From assembly GCF_006345805.1 (NCBI RefSeq), contig NC_043001.1, positions 44,082,001 to 44,146,000 on the forward strand: a DNA stretch of 64,000 nt. Direction: 5' to 3'. The stretch's first letter is position 1, and every line of letters starts with the position of its first letter. The notes beneath the pieces are model-generated. The model was not told the origin of the DNA. It saw nothing but the letters and a program-made list of their open reading frames with translations, and did not search any database. Shown in pieces: positions 24,941 through 38,353 of the stretch. Source of the stretch: Octopus sinensis (lineage: Eukaryota). The translations under genes were made by a program, and so were the position numbers.

Positions 24941-25637
24941 TTGGGGAGGGGAGTGATGTAGTGAATTATTGCAGGCATGAAGTGGATTCGATCCACCATA
25001 GCCAAATTTAAATTAACACTTCAACAGAACTTTTCTCACGGTAAAACAATAATTTTTCTGTGACAGCAGTTTTGTATTTGCCAGATGCCTTAGCTAAGCA
25101 AAATAATATCTTCACCACTTGACACTTCTAGCTTCTTCTACTTCACCAAAAGCTAGAATTAAGATATCACAGACCACCAACGAAGTCATTGTCCTCAATG
25201 ATATGTCTATCGTTCTGGATGGTTATAAAAACAAGAACCCGCAAGCAAAAAGCAGTCAGTTAGTGACAACGCAGGTTAGAGAGAGTAAATATTTCCTTCA
25301 CAACTTCAATCATTGTTCTTCCTTCTTTACATAATGGCAATCAACGAAGAACTAATCCTTACAAACTGGTTACGACTCCGACGTTCCATCCAATGTGTAC
25401 CAAATTCATACTATTGTACCCTAATTAATTTCAACCGTTACAAATTGGTTACTCAACCAATACAATTGGTGACCCCACAACTTAAATCACTGTTCTTCCA
25501 TCTTTACATAAAGGCAATCAACGAAGAACCAATCCTTACAAACTGGTTACGACTCCGACGTTCCATCCTAATGTATACCAAACTCATACTATTTTATTTC
25601 AACCTCTACCGTTACAAAATTAATTTCAACCGTTACA
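24941..25637 (+). mobile_element. Polypurine tract plus 3' LTR (family 1)
   Basis: GGGGAGGGGAGTGA directly precedes TGTAGTGAAT at 24957; last CCGTTACA ends at 25637; the upstream 24300-24940 region is probably degenerate internal sequence. Confidence 0.7.
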
Positions 25638-25964
25638 TATATATATAAACACATACATACACTATCGCTTAACAACCGTTGCTGGTATGTTTACGTCCCC
25701 GTCACTTAGCGGTTTAGCAAAAGAGACCGATAAAATAAGTCTTAGGCTTACAAAGATTAAGTCCCGGCGTTGATTTGTTCGACTAAAGGCGGTGCTCCAG
25801 CATGGCCGCAGTCAAATGCCTGAAACAGTAAAAGAATCCTGTAACTAATCTCTTTCTCCCTTTCTCTCTACCTCTCTCTCTCCCCATATGTGTGTGTGTG
25901 TGTTATATTAGATAGATAGATAAATCGATAGATTGATAGACAGACAGACAGACAGGCAAACAGG

Positions 25965-26018
<54 letters not shown>

Positions 26019-26377
26019 TGTGTACATCATTCTGTCCCCTCACCACCACTTGAAAACCAGTTTTGGTGTGTTTATGTCCACGTAACTTAGTGGTTCGGCC
26101 AAAAATCGATAGAATAAGTAGCAGACTGTAAAAAAATGAATACTGGGGTTGATTCGTTCAACTAAAATTCTTCGAGGTGTCCCAGCATGGCCACAGTCTA
26201 ATAAGTGAAACAAGAAAAAGGGAAAAGGTAAGTGCCAAAACTCGAAAAGTTTCCACTCTTGAGTCACTGTAAAACGTCTGCCGATTGTTAATCAAAGGCG
26301 TATATATATATATATATATATATATGCACTCATGTTTTGAGTTCTATATGTCCTGCTTACATCACCAAACATACATA

Positions 26378-27342
26378 TGTAGTAAATCTTGCAAGCACGA
26401 AGTGGATTCGATCCGCCATAGCCAAATTTAAATAAACAGGACTTTTCTCACGTTGGAACAATGGTTTTTCTCTTACATTCGCCAGATTGCCTTTAGCTAA
26501 GCAGAAATAATATCTTCACCACTTGACCCTTCTAACCTCTTCTACATCACCAAAAGCTAGAATAGAGATAACGAGACCACCAACTAAATCTATTGTTCTC
26601 AACGATATGTCTATCCTTCTGGAGAGTTATAAAAGCATAAACCCCAAGCAAAAAGATAGTTCAGTCACTTCGGTGATGATTCAACCAGTTAGTCACTTCA
26701 GTGACAACTCAGTGAGCACGAAATCTGGCTGACCAGCTAGAACCTTAGTCAGAGAGAGAAATGAAGTTTACTGTCATCAACTGTGAAACAACGTTCCACA
26801 ACCCTACAACTCTCATTAGCTCTAATTCTGTTCTCTTACAACATCATTCTAACTCTCTCTGTAATTACTACTAAACAATGAAGAGAACAAAAACACAAAC
26901 TTTACTTCGCATGCTTTTGGATTTATCATAACCTGCCCATCGAGACGAGGTATTGTAACGTAACGATAAATAAATATTTTCTTAAAACTTCATGCATTGT
27001 TCATTTTTCACATCCTACAACATGTCGTTATAACAACAAATTTTTATCGTCACAGCTGCTGACTCCGACAAATCATAATATTGTTTACTAATCAATCTGT
27101 AACATTACCATATCCCTATATAAACTACTATGAGATCGTGTACACATACCGGTCGAAATTAACTCTTTTTACCTCGCATGCTTTTCCATTTACTAGTTAT
27201 ACATACCAACCCGTCGTGGTTTTGGATATATACAAAGTAACGGTAAATAAATATCTCTTTACAACTTCAATCACTGTTCTTCCAACTTGCATACTGGCAA
27301 CCAACATCTTAACAACAACCGTTACAACTGGTGACCCTTGAC
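26378..27342 (+). mobile_element. LTR (family 1) plus tRNA-Trp primer-binding site
   Basis: TGTAGTAAATC...CCGTTACA (26378-27326), then TGGTGACCCTTGAC at 27329-27342. Confidence 0.82.
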
Positions 27343-27652
27343 AGCAACGAAGAACTAACCTTTACTTATATGTATATATGTATAATATATATGTGTGTGT
27401 GAGTGTGTGTGTGTGTGCCATACACACACATTCATTAAAATTCCTGTTCCCAGAGTATTTTCTGTTGATCTTGTAATATGAGATTTTAGTTATATGATTT
27501 CACTCTTTATACACAAATCGCTGTAATGTTTACCAGTTGTGAAAAATAGAGAGAATAGATTTCTGTATAAATGGAAGTAAATCTAATATTGATTCGCACG
27601 AAAATTTCTACACAGAATAAATAAAATATTGTTTATCACTGATGTTGAATTT

Positions 27653-27878
27653 TACGAGCGAGTGCTGAAAAATTTCTGGCTTTAAGGGTATCGCAAAAGG
27701 CCTGGCTGGAGGCCTAATCTTCCGAGTTCTTCTACGGGGCTTAGAAAAACTGAAGAAGCGCTGCAATAAGTAGGTGAATACGTATGTGAGAGGGGAGTTT
27801 GTTGAATAAAGTAATAGTTAACTGATCCTCCTGTATTTTCTTTTACCTAAAGCGAGAAACTTCCCAGCACCCCTCGTG
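27653..27878 (+). mobile_element. mariner-derived MITE
   Basis: TIRs TACGAG.GAGTGCTGAAAA / CCCAGCACCCCTCGTG; internal transposase C-terminal remnant; homologous to 40843 and 59796. Confidence 0.8.
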
Positions 27879-30067
27879 CTTACAAAAAAAAAAAAATGTT
27901 CATCAGTCCCTCCATTTCTGCTTATATTTAATATTCCCAATTTCTGAGCATCATTCTTTTTTAGGGCTTAAACCAATTTCGGATCTTCTAACCACAAAAT
28001 TCACTCGTTTGTTTAGTTCAGCTCGAGTTGCCAAAAGGAAATATTGGTTTGACTCTGGATATATGAATAATATAACATTCAGTTTAAATCGTTACCAGTT
28101 TTTATCCATTCATCCATCTTCTCTTACCACTATTCCTGATAGAGTCTTTGGAGTAGGGCCCTCAGGTACTTCGTCTATGGAGTTCTAAGAAGCAATTTCC
28201 ATTGCATTTTCCTACTGGATTCTCTAGCTCGACCAACTTAGAGTATGGATATTATCTAATCACCTCGCTCTAGGTATACCACTAGGTCATGACCATCCTG
28301 TTTTTTTTTTGTATATCTAAGTCTACATTGACCAATATATTTATAAAGGAATAAGAATGTTCGGACACCAAATATAACGAGCAACGGTTTTTATCTATTA
28401 TTATTCCTTTATTATTTTTCTATGGCTGTTGAAAGATGAATGAGATGACATAATACTGCTTTCTCAAATCTAAAAATTACCTTGAATTTTTTTCAGTAGT
28501 GCGGCCCACCTTATGATGATGCTGCTCGTTTTGCGAAAAAATCTAAAATGTATCTGCATCTTTGGCGCATAAAAGTACGGCGGATGTAGATTTCTGATGC
28601 TTCATGCTACCTACCACATCCATCTCAAGATATTTATTAGCTTTGTATGAATGTTAGTGAGAGAGGTTGCTAACCGATTAGCTTTGTAGTAGTAGTTGGT
28701 GATGTGGCTGCCGTGTGATAGTGATGACGGATATAAAGAGGAGAATAAGGTAACCTTGTCTGAACGATGGCCTTGTCATTTCCGGTTGAAGAGATATATA
28801 ACCTTAGGCAAAATTGGCCTGGAATTCAAATGCCATCTACTTTGTAGTTGTATCAGTGTGAAGTTATAGGACACTAACTGCCAGGATGAACTTCCTGTGT
28901 CTACTTAAATTGTAAAGTTATGAAAGTGATTTAATAAAGTAGCTAGTCAAGAAGCTCGGGTAGAACATTCAAAGCCAGGTTTTCTGTCTTGATCGCAGAT
29001 GAAAAGTTGATAACAAGGTTAATAGCAATAAGATGAACGGGATAATACCCAATGACCTACTATATGCGTATCAAAAATTAGGTTGATTGGATCTCGACCA
29101 AGCTTCGTGTTACACTATTAACCCTGCAGAGAGTTGACTGAAGAACAGCGAAACGAGGACACACTTGTAATGTTTTGGTACACGAAAAGATATACATCGA
29201 AAACTGAATTTCTTTGAGAATGAACCACTGAAAAATATCGATTCAAACGCAAAATCAAGGTCTTTTACATTTACTTTCTTTAATATTTCACTAGTTTCCT
29301 GTCATCGGACTGCAGCTGTGGTGTAGCATAACTTTCAATAAGTCTTTTCCCCTTGATTATATTAATCCCAATACTTATTTCAGAGTCAACCAGTTTTATC
29401 AAATCCTATTTATCAAACGGTGAAATTACCTTTTGGAGTAAATGGGCGCAACTCAGTGCGCCGTATTACACTAGTTTGCACACACACACACACCACACAC
29501 ACACACACACGCACACACGCACGCACACACACACACACGCACACACGCACGCACGCACACACACACAGATTTGTAAGGCCATGCGATATGAGGTGACGAG
29601 AATGGCTCTTTAGTACCACATCACACGGCTGTTACAATAAAAGAGAAATTGATAGAACCATTTACTTGCCAGATGGAAAAAGGAGACACAACTGCGTAGG
29701 AAAGATTAAGAAGAACCTTTATCGATATGTTTACATGTGTCTGTGTGCGCGTCATGTATACCGAATAATAGACAGGTCGTCATGAGGACAAAATGTATAT
29801 GTATGTAAGCATATATGTATGCGCGTGTTAAGAACATTTAAGGATGGCAATGAAAGAGTCTATAGCCATCGAAGTAAGTTCATAGACATAAGAAAGATGA
29901 ATAATACCAGTTCGCAGTTAGTCGTATATGATAGCTGAAGTACTGTATCAAGAAGTCGCGGCCATGATGCTGAGCCGGTTACAGGTACATGTTGTACATG
30001 AAGTCATGGCTATGGATGCTGCTGTCTGGGTCACTTGGTACAGGAGTTCATGCAGGTTGTATATTCG

Positions 30068-30551
30068 CTGCTGATCCATGGTGAAGTAATTCACAAACAG
30101 TGAAGTGTTGGGACCTGGGTAAATTGCTTGTTGAGCTGTGTACGTAGAGAGATGATGTTGACAACGTTAAGGACTTGATGGTGGCGACGAAGAAGGAGGT
30201 TGCCGTAATGCTGTTGGACGAAGTTGATGAGTCTCAACTAGCTACTGTGGTGGTGGTTGTCTGGTGTTGTCGCTGGAACTGGCTGTGTCTTTGTGATCAG
30301 TGGCTAGACCTTTAAAGGTCTGAAACCAAAGACTTCCAAACAAGAAGCTGGGTTTTTATAAGGAACTGTAGGCTCAAAAACAGGGTAGTAAATAGGTTGT
30401 CCCACACGATTCTATTTAGAGCCTCCGACTGGTTATACGCGACAAACTGGCGCAATCAAGTAAGAGATAAATTGCGTCAATACCAACCAATCAGTGTAGT
30501 GGACACAACGGGATCCAAATAGCGACCAAAGGCTAGCTGTTCCCTGCTACG
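30068..30551 (-). mobile_element. LTR-like repeat (family 2), partial
   Basis: Homologous to 7692-8088 (AGACCTTT.AAGGTCTGAAACCAA and GACACAACGGG.TCCAAA blocks). Confidence 0.5.
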
Positions 30552-30627
30552 TCGAATGCACGTATATATATATAATATATATATATATAATAAATGGGAG
30601 AGAGTCTATGCTACATATGTATATATA

Positions 30628-30705
<78 letters not shown>

Positions 30706-31999
30706 CGTCAATGTGTCATATATTCCCCCCCCCCCCAAAAAAAAGCACACTCTAATGCATAGAGCAGTAATGTATTTATACGCAGTTAAGTCTCTGTCCA
30801 GTCGTAGAGTGACCAATGGTTTCACATTCATGAAGGGCCTAACCCCATGGACGGCTCGTCAGACTCTAAAGCTGAAGACAAATATAAGGGACTACAGAGG
30901 CGTAGAGCTCGGGAGAGTGCATACACCTCTATTTCACAACTACACATAAAAAATAATAGTAAATCATCGCAACGAAGTATATTTTAAATCAGTTGTTGTT
31001 TTACATTCCATTTGTGCGTATTACACATATTTGTAGAAATTAAGTAGGTCAAGTAATTTTCGTTTTGAATTAATTTTTGTATAGAACGTAATAAGATCGC
31101 CTTTATTCCTAAGAACTATCATCTGTTTTAGCTTATTAGTTTAACTCTTTCAGATATGAGTTATTTCTTTATGAGGAAAGAATATTTACATGATGTAAAA
31201 GAGCTCACGCTGTGAACAGCAAGATACAGTCAGAAAATACTGCTGAGTTTAACTAAGAACAATTTAATTTATGTGTACGGTAAGTCAATAAATGCTTGAT
31301 AGACAATGAGAAACTTTTAAAAAATTTTTTATTGCTTGTCAGGTATAAGATGTACAAGATGCATTCATAAGATTACAAATATATTCATGGAAAGGTAGAG
31401 GAATGTTTCTTTGATGGAGTGAACATTAAGCTTGGAGAAAACCCGTAGGAGCCAAACGTTTGGAAGGACTGAAACCGGAAGCTTTAGTAACACTGTTAAG
31501 TACATTCCTTATGGTTGAGCGCTAAGTAAGCTACAATACTATCTATTGACGAACACCAAGAAGAATTCACCTAATAGAGAGAATTTTATTAAGTTGAAAA
31601 ACGAAGAAAAAAACATGCGTCTTAAATAAAAGCTGATGCCAAGTAGGGCAAGACTTCCGCCCGTCCCCAGCAAAACCCACCCTTTAAAAAAATTTTTTTG
31701 TTTTTTGTTTTTTTTTTTGTCACCCTCCCCCTTTCGGCTACGGGGAATACGAATCTCGAAAAAAATTGGCAAAAATCGACATTTCTAAATTACCATCCTC
31801 TCATTTTAAACTTTTTTCAGAATTTTTTTTTCTTCAAAATATGCGGAAAAATACGGAGATTATGATTCTGAAAAAATTTCCAAAAATCTTTGTAAAATTT
31901 TTTAAAAAGAATTTTTTCTTTTCTAAATATGGGGGAAAATACGGACATCAGGATTCGGACAAACATTTCAAAACATTTCTGTACTTATGGTTACGGTTT

Positions 32000-32060
32000 T
32001 AGGCTTAGGGTTAGGGTTAACGTTAGGGTTTTAGGGTTAGGGTTGGGGTTTTAGGGTTAG
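32000..32060 (+). repeat. Degenerate interstitial (TTAGGG)n
   Basis: TTAGGCTTAGGGTTAGGGTTAACGTTAGGGTTTTAGGGTTAGGG. Confidence 0.8.
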
Positions 32061-33357
32061 TGTTGCGGAAAAAAGTCAAAATTGAAGAAGTTGGGGGAAG
32101 GGGGGATTTTCACAATGCCGATTTTTGGCAATTTTCCGGAACCTCCGTATCCGAAAACAGGGATTTTTGACAAAAAAAATTTTGAATAAGCAAATTTGGG
32201 AGAAAATGGGGTGGGGGCGGATGTCTTTCCCCAAGTTGTATAATAACATTTTGTGCAACTAGATGATCAGCATGTTTTGCTTGGCTTCAACGAATTCTTG
32301 TTAATATTCAGTTCTACTCGAATTTTGGTAAAAGTACTTGCTGTCACAGTTGTATGCTTATACTCGGAGTTGTATACGTGGATGCTATTCTCTCAAATGG
32401 AGATGTTGAATTTCTAATTTTTTTTATTTGAGAAATGGTTTGCCTATTTTTGTTCTTGCATGCAAATAATTTGTCAAACTTCCTGAAAACAATTAGAATG
32501 TTGCTAACACATGAACTGGGAACTGGGACATAACTAAACAAAGTTCGAAAGATAGGAATAATGAACATACATTTTGATATTGTCTTCGACTATATTGTGC
32601 GGAAGATTGGAAGAAATCATTTCGAAAAACAACTAAGGAGGAAAATAACTTTGAAATGGAGTTTGATGAAGATTTATTTCCCTCATACACCATTAGCATA
32701 TACCGTTACTGATATGTACGTTTTGAAGTTGTAGATAATAGCGAAGTTGGTGAGTGGAGAGATCCGCCCTGGGCGACGCTTTTTTTTAAAGTAGGAGTGA
32801 GGAACTTTTTGGTCTATTGTATAAGTCTGTGAAGACTTGAAGGCCCAAGGAGGGTGAAAAACTTAGGAGCTCCCCAGGCGGTACACTTTCTAACCACTGG
32901 TCGTAGACACAATAATCTCTTCTATCAACCAATATTTTATCAGTCAAGTTACTAGGTAAATTTATTTCAGGAGATAAAACTTTTAATAGCTATCAGCAAA
33001 GTTAACATCTCATCAGAAATCAATATTATTGACGAAAGATATATCAATGACATTGGCATTGACATTAACTCTTTCGAATCAATGATGACTCTGCTACAAT
33101 TAACTAACAAATCTCCCTCAAATCAACTCTGTTGGTGACCAATGAAACTCTTCCACGTTAGATGTTCCGATCGATCGATGCGGCATGAACGTCTGGTCTG
33201 GATTAGTGTCACTTCGGTCTTTTTCTAGCTGAACATCTCGTCTGCGCACGCCACGACAACAGATAACATCAGTAGTTCGGTTACTGAGCTTGTTGATCCT
33301 GGCCGTTGGCAGTTGTTTGTTTATCCGCTCATTTGCTGAAATAGTTCACATCCCCCA

Positions 33358-33628
33358 TACTGCATCCCATGATTTCAACATACCCAGGTTCGGATAGTTA
33401 CAATCGAAGGAGAGGGGCTTTCTCCGTCCGGGTTGCGGATCCGTGGAATAAGCTGCCGGACGAGATAGTGAAGATGCCGACGACCGCTCGGTTCAAAGAC
33501 TCTCTTGACCAGAAATGGCTTGAACTCTTTGCATGAACACCCTCCCTGTACATAACTCCATGTCCCCCTACATGGCCTTGCTTTTGCTTTTTGAGCCAAA
33601 AAATTAACTTAACTTAACTTAACTTAAC
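33358..33628 (+). mobile_element. CR1-clade LINE 3' end
   Basis: RRGAFSVRVADPWNKLPDEIVKMPTTARFKDSLDQKW* matches the CR1 ORF2 C-terminal motif; short 3'UTR and (TTAAC)5 tail. Confidence 0.85.
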
Positions 33629-34389
33629 ATGCTATTTAACCCAAATCTGGGACTCTGATACGTGCTGTTACTCCTGATACGAGCTGTTACTCCCAGATAG
33701 AGTTCACCTAGAGACAACAGTAACTAACAATGGTTCCATACGCTTCAAAACTCTGGAACTCTCGAACCAGGGTCCAACTATCTGACGCAGTTTAAAGTCT
33801 ATCCAGGACATTAGATATTATAGTCCTAGATACTCTTATCAAAACTGGGTGTGCTTCGATCAGATTTGACCTGCGGCTAAATAACAATATCAGTTCTTTC
33901 ATCGCTCAATTTCTGACAATTGAAGTCAAGCTGGACACGATATAGAAATGAGGCAATGACAAATAAAACTTCCAAACACTGCTGCTAACAGACAACTGAA
34001 TGGCATAAACACAGCGACCTATATTGCCCGATTGCACATAGAATGGCGAAAGTGAACGGATAACTGAAACTAACAGCTTGTTGTCTGACTGACAATGAAA
34101 AATATTGCTCAAGGCAAAAGAGATTTGCACAAATTGTCAACTTGTACAAATAAAACCTACAATATCTGCTACGCATAAACGAATATTTTCTCTAGGGAAA
34201 CAATCAGACATATCTTTCGCTAAAAATACAAAAGTGGTTAAATATGTAGTTTAGTGGCCTGAAAAAGCGATAGAAAAATGTGTTGAAAGTGAAATTCCAT
34301 AATTTCATTATATTTATATAACATGAAAACGCTGCATTGAACGTATATATAGCTTTTTCTCGGTCTCTGAACTTATTTGACAACATATG

Positions 34390-34930
34390 ATCCGACGTCG
34401 GCTTTATCTCGTATCCGAGAATTCAACTTCTTTGCTGAACGCTTTATTGATGACTAAGTAGAGCGATTCTTGCATAGAAAAGTCAATGGCATTGACTACA
34501 TGGTAATGTTGGTGGAGGACGATGTTTATTTTGTCGAGCCTTTCTCTCCTGTCGTTTGATTTCTTTTTTTCTCTTCTGGTGGCTTCGAAGTTTTTGGTTC
34601 CAATTGTGATGGAACATCGCCACTTGCTACGCTCTCGGACTTATGTTTCAAACAATTTAGATTTAATCCCTGGGGCTTTCAGGGTTGCTTTGAGATGGTC
34701 CTTGCATCTTCGAAGATGTTGTTTTCCTTGAAGGGAACTCACTGAATAAGACTAGGCGTGGGAACCTTGACTCTTCCATTCTATGATACTATGTAAATAA
34801 AGCAACTCCTATTCAGCATTGTCACTTGAGTTTTTTCATAGCGAGCGCCCATCGGCCTTCAACAACGTTTCCATACGCATATAATAGCACATCTTTCTCT
34901 TCACCGTTTAAGAGATTAGAGACACAGAGC
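34390..34930 (-). pseudogene. RTE-clade LINE 3' ORF fragment
   Basis: Minus strand RMEESRFPRLVLFSE...KDHLKATLK...RERSKWR..IT.G.KNFEA...CSQCH*LFYARIALLSH (terminal C2H2-like motif); stops and frameshifts. Confidence 0.75.
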
Positions 34931-35009
34931 TTTCAGATATTCACAGGAGTAAAGGCTTTTTAACTGAAGTTATTTTACTTGCGGACGTTTTTTGTAACTC
35001 TTCAATATA

Positions 35010-35097
<88 letters not shown>

Positions 35098-35120
35098 TGT
35101 GTGTGTGTGTGTGTGTGTGT

Positions 35121-35432
35121 GTGGAGGCGCAATGGCCTAGTGGTTAGGGCAGCGGACTCGCGGTCGTAGGATCGCGGTTTCGATTCCCAGACCGAGCGTT
35201 GTGAGTGTTTATTGAGCGAAAACACCTAAAGCTCCACGAGGCTCCGGCAGGGGGTGGTGGCGACCCCTGCTGTACTCTTTCGCCACAACTTTCTCTCACT
35301 TTTTCTTCTGTTGGCCTGCTCGCTTAGCCAGCGGGGTGGCGTCATTTGAAGGCTAAAACAATGCGAAGCGAATTGTGACCAGCGATGTATAACAACATCT
35401 GATAGCCTGGTCGGTCACGGTGATCACGGCGA
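35121..35432 (+). mobile_element. tRNA-derived SINE, family A, tail type 3
   Basis: Same head as the 10031 and 20716 copies; tail ends TGATCACGG repeats; sits between (TG)n and (TA)n. Confidence 0.9.
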
Positions 35433-35940
35433 TATATATATATATCGAAAGATATGTCTGATTGTTTCACTAGAGAAAATATTCGTTTATGCGTAGCAGA
35501 TATTGTAGGTTTTATTTGTACAAGTTGACAATTTGTGCAAATCTCTTTTGCCTTGAGCAATATTTTTCATTGTCAGTCAGACAACAAGCTGTTAGTTTCA
35601 GTTATCCGTTCACTTTCGCCATTCTATGTGCAATCGGGCAATATAGGTCGCTGTGTTTATGACATTCAGTTGTCTGTTAGCAGCAGTGTTTGGAAGTTTT
35701 TTTTTTTTATATATATGGGGAGGGGGTTAGGGTTTGTGTTAGGGTTAGGGGTGGGAGAAAAGCGTTTCTGTTATCTTCAGAAATGTAAACAAAGCCACTG
35801 CCGGTACTTACGGTACGTATACCGAAGGATCGCACGAGAGAGATAGAGCGATGGGGGACACAGAGAAAGCGGTAGAGGTAGATATATATACATACATATA
35901 CACATACATACATACATACATACATACATACATACATACA

Positions 35941-35973
<33 letters not shown>

Positions 35974-35992
35974 GCATACACACACACACACA

Positions 35993-36025
<33 letters not shown>

Positions 36026-36378
36026 CACACACACACACACACACATATATGTATATATGCTTTATTTGTGGATTATCAAGGCAACAAATGGTTTCATATA
36101 GAAGAGATCTCCACATTTATTCAAGCGAACCACTTGGGAATGTTGGTACTAATCTCTATTTTGGATGAGAATCCAGAAGATTACGCGATACTATAAAGAA
36201 TTTCAAAATAAATACAAAGATCTATGTTGAGGTGACATAAGTATATCTAAATCGTTATCTCCTTTGCATTTTTAAAATTAAACTAATTTTTTTATATATC
36301 GCCTATCACTTAACGCATGTGCACAAGTGCAATTATTTATCGTCTGCTCGCTTGAAAAACGAAATTTGTTTATACATT

Positions 36379-36710
36379 ATGGATGACAGACGATGTAACC
36401 TAACGAGAGAAAGAATGAGATGGTATTAGCAACAACATAAAGAGAAGCAGTGGGACAAATCATTAGAACAAGCACGGGAGCATCAAAGAGTATAGAGTGA
36501 ATATTTACAACAGATAAGAGAACGTATTCAAGACAGAATGTAAAATGAAAATGAGAGAGAACATCAAAAAAACTATAAACATATGGTCGAATGTTACAAT
36601 GTGAATGACATGAATATTCTCTGTAATTATCGTGAAGCTCTTAGATTTATAAATGAATCTCTGAAATGGTGAGAGAAAAATCATGCTCCTTCAATTACAA
36701 CTTTATCCAA
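36379..36710 (+). pseudogene. Helitron Rep-helicase N-terminal remnant
   Basis: R/E/Q-rich stretch followed by MNILCNY.EALRFINESLKW, resembling the M...C..C.AL.F..E....CC motif; several stops. Confidence 0.55.
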
Positions 36711-36841
36711 GTGAAAAGTGTTTTTAAATGAAAATAATACAGAATATACAGTTTATAAAGGAACTAATTTTTATGACTGTATAAACTTATAACCGCCTAA
36801 ACAATTTCGTATTTACCGTGGAATTTCCACGGGTACTGCTA

Positions 36842-36927
<86 letters not shown>

Positions 36928-36931
36928 CATT

Positions 36932-37172
36932 AAGGCGGCGAGCTGGCAGAAACGTTAGCGCACGCCGGGCGAAATGCGTAGCGGTATTTCGTCTGCCGTT
37001 ACAGTCTGAGTTCAAATTCTGCCGAGTTCGACTTTGCCTTTCATCCTTTCGGGGTCGATAAATTAAGTACGAGTTACGCACTGGGTCGATGTAATCGACT
37101 TAATCCGTTTGTCTGTCCTTGTTTGTCCTCTCTGTGTTTAGCCCCTTGTGGGTAGTAAAGAAATAGGTATTT
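36932..37172 (+). mobile_element. SINE, family B, near full length
   Basis: AAGGCGGCGAGCTGGCAGAAACGTTAG head through GGGTAGTAAAGAAATAGGTAT tail. Confidence 0.92.
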
Positions 37173-37424
37173 CATCCATCTTTACGTTCTTTAATTTGAT
37201 TTGCGGGAAGGATTGTTTCATTGAAGTTGCGTCTTGTCTTTGCCTTCGAAAAAGCGGAGTAGCTGAAACAGGGACAACTGAAGAAGGGAAAATTCTTTAT
37301 GTTGTATGTCTCGTTTCTCCGTTTGTTTTTTTCGTTGTTCGAAAAAAAGTTCGTTTCTATGTTCTTGTTTTTATGTTTTCGTTTCTCATTGTGTTCCACG
37401 TTTTATTGATGTCCTGTACCCATA

Positions 37425-37429
37425 TATGC

Positions 37430-37519
<90 letters not shown>

Positions 37520-37583
37520 GCTATGTACATATATGTATGCATATATATATGCATATATTTATATTATTTATATTATATTATAT

Positions 37584-37630
<47 letters not shown>

Positions 37631-37838
37631 AGTGTACATTTAAACCAAAATAGACAACCCTTAACAGGCAACCTTGCATGCTAGAAGGAGCAGTCAAAAC
37701 GTCCAAAATTCTTCTAGCATGTAAGGCTGCCTGTTAAGGGTCGCCTCTTTTGTGCTTAAATGTACACTAATTTCATATGGAAAATATGTTGTCTATTGAC
37801 TTTTTATACATGCTAGGCCACTGGTAGTGAAATTTCTA

Positions 37839-37887
<49 letters not shown>

Positions 37888-37894
37888 CATACAT

Positions 37895-37931
<37 letters not shown>

Positions 37932-37943
37932 TACATACATACA

Positions 37944-37977
<34 letters not shown>

Positions 37978-37982
37978 CATAC

Positions 37983-38025
<43 letters not shown>

Positions 38026-38052
38026 GTGTGTGTGTGTGTGTGTGTATGTATG

Positions 38053-38084
<32 letters not shown>

Positions 38085-38139
38085 AATATATATATATATA
38101 TCTATATTGGAAGGTTTGGAGATGTTGTACAGGTATTTC

Positions 38140-38170
<31 letters not shown>
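37425..38170. repeat. Dense (TA)n/(CATA)n/(CA)n/(TG)n microsatellite block
   Basis: Direct reading; source of the YI/HT-repeat ORFs. Confidence 0.95.
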
Positions 38171-38174
<4 letters not shown>

Positions 38175-38317
38175 TATTTATCAATACATAAAGATAAAAG
38201 AATGTAAGGATGAAAATCACGTTAATGATTTTTATCTAGTCAGCATGCTATAAAAATTTATAGGCAATTAATACATTAAATTAATAATAATGGACACACA
38301 CACACACACACACACAG

Positions 38318-38353
<36 letters not shown>

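Larger units (their letters stand above)
33965..35700. repeat. Inverted duplication, 255-bp arms (33965-34219 and 35446-35700)
   Basis: Arms almost identical by eye; duplicated ORFs 33906(-) and 35535(+) share their N-terminal 55 aa apart from one residue. Confidence 0.92.

Noticed and set aside
24240-24956. 238-aa ORF as a gene
   Set aside because: No recognisable domain; it lies in degenerate LTR-element internal sequence before the polypurine tract. Only a faint integrase-like VERSHAL appears, in another frame.
37240-37295. CGAAA...CTGAAGAAGG motif (also 38998 and 44240-44285 minus) as a hammerhead
   Set aside because: GAAA precedes CUGANGA, and I could not draw helices I and II convincingly for any permuted topology.
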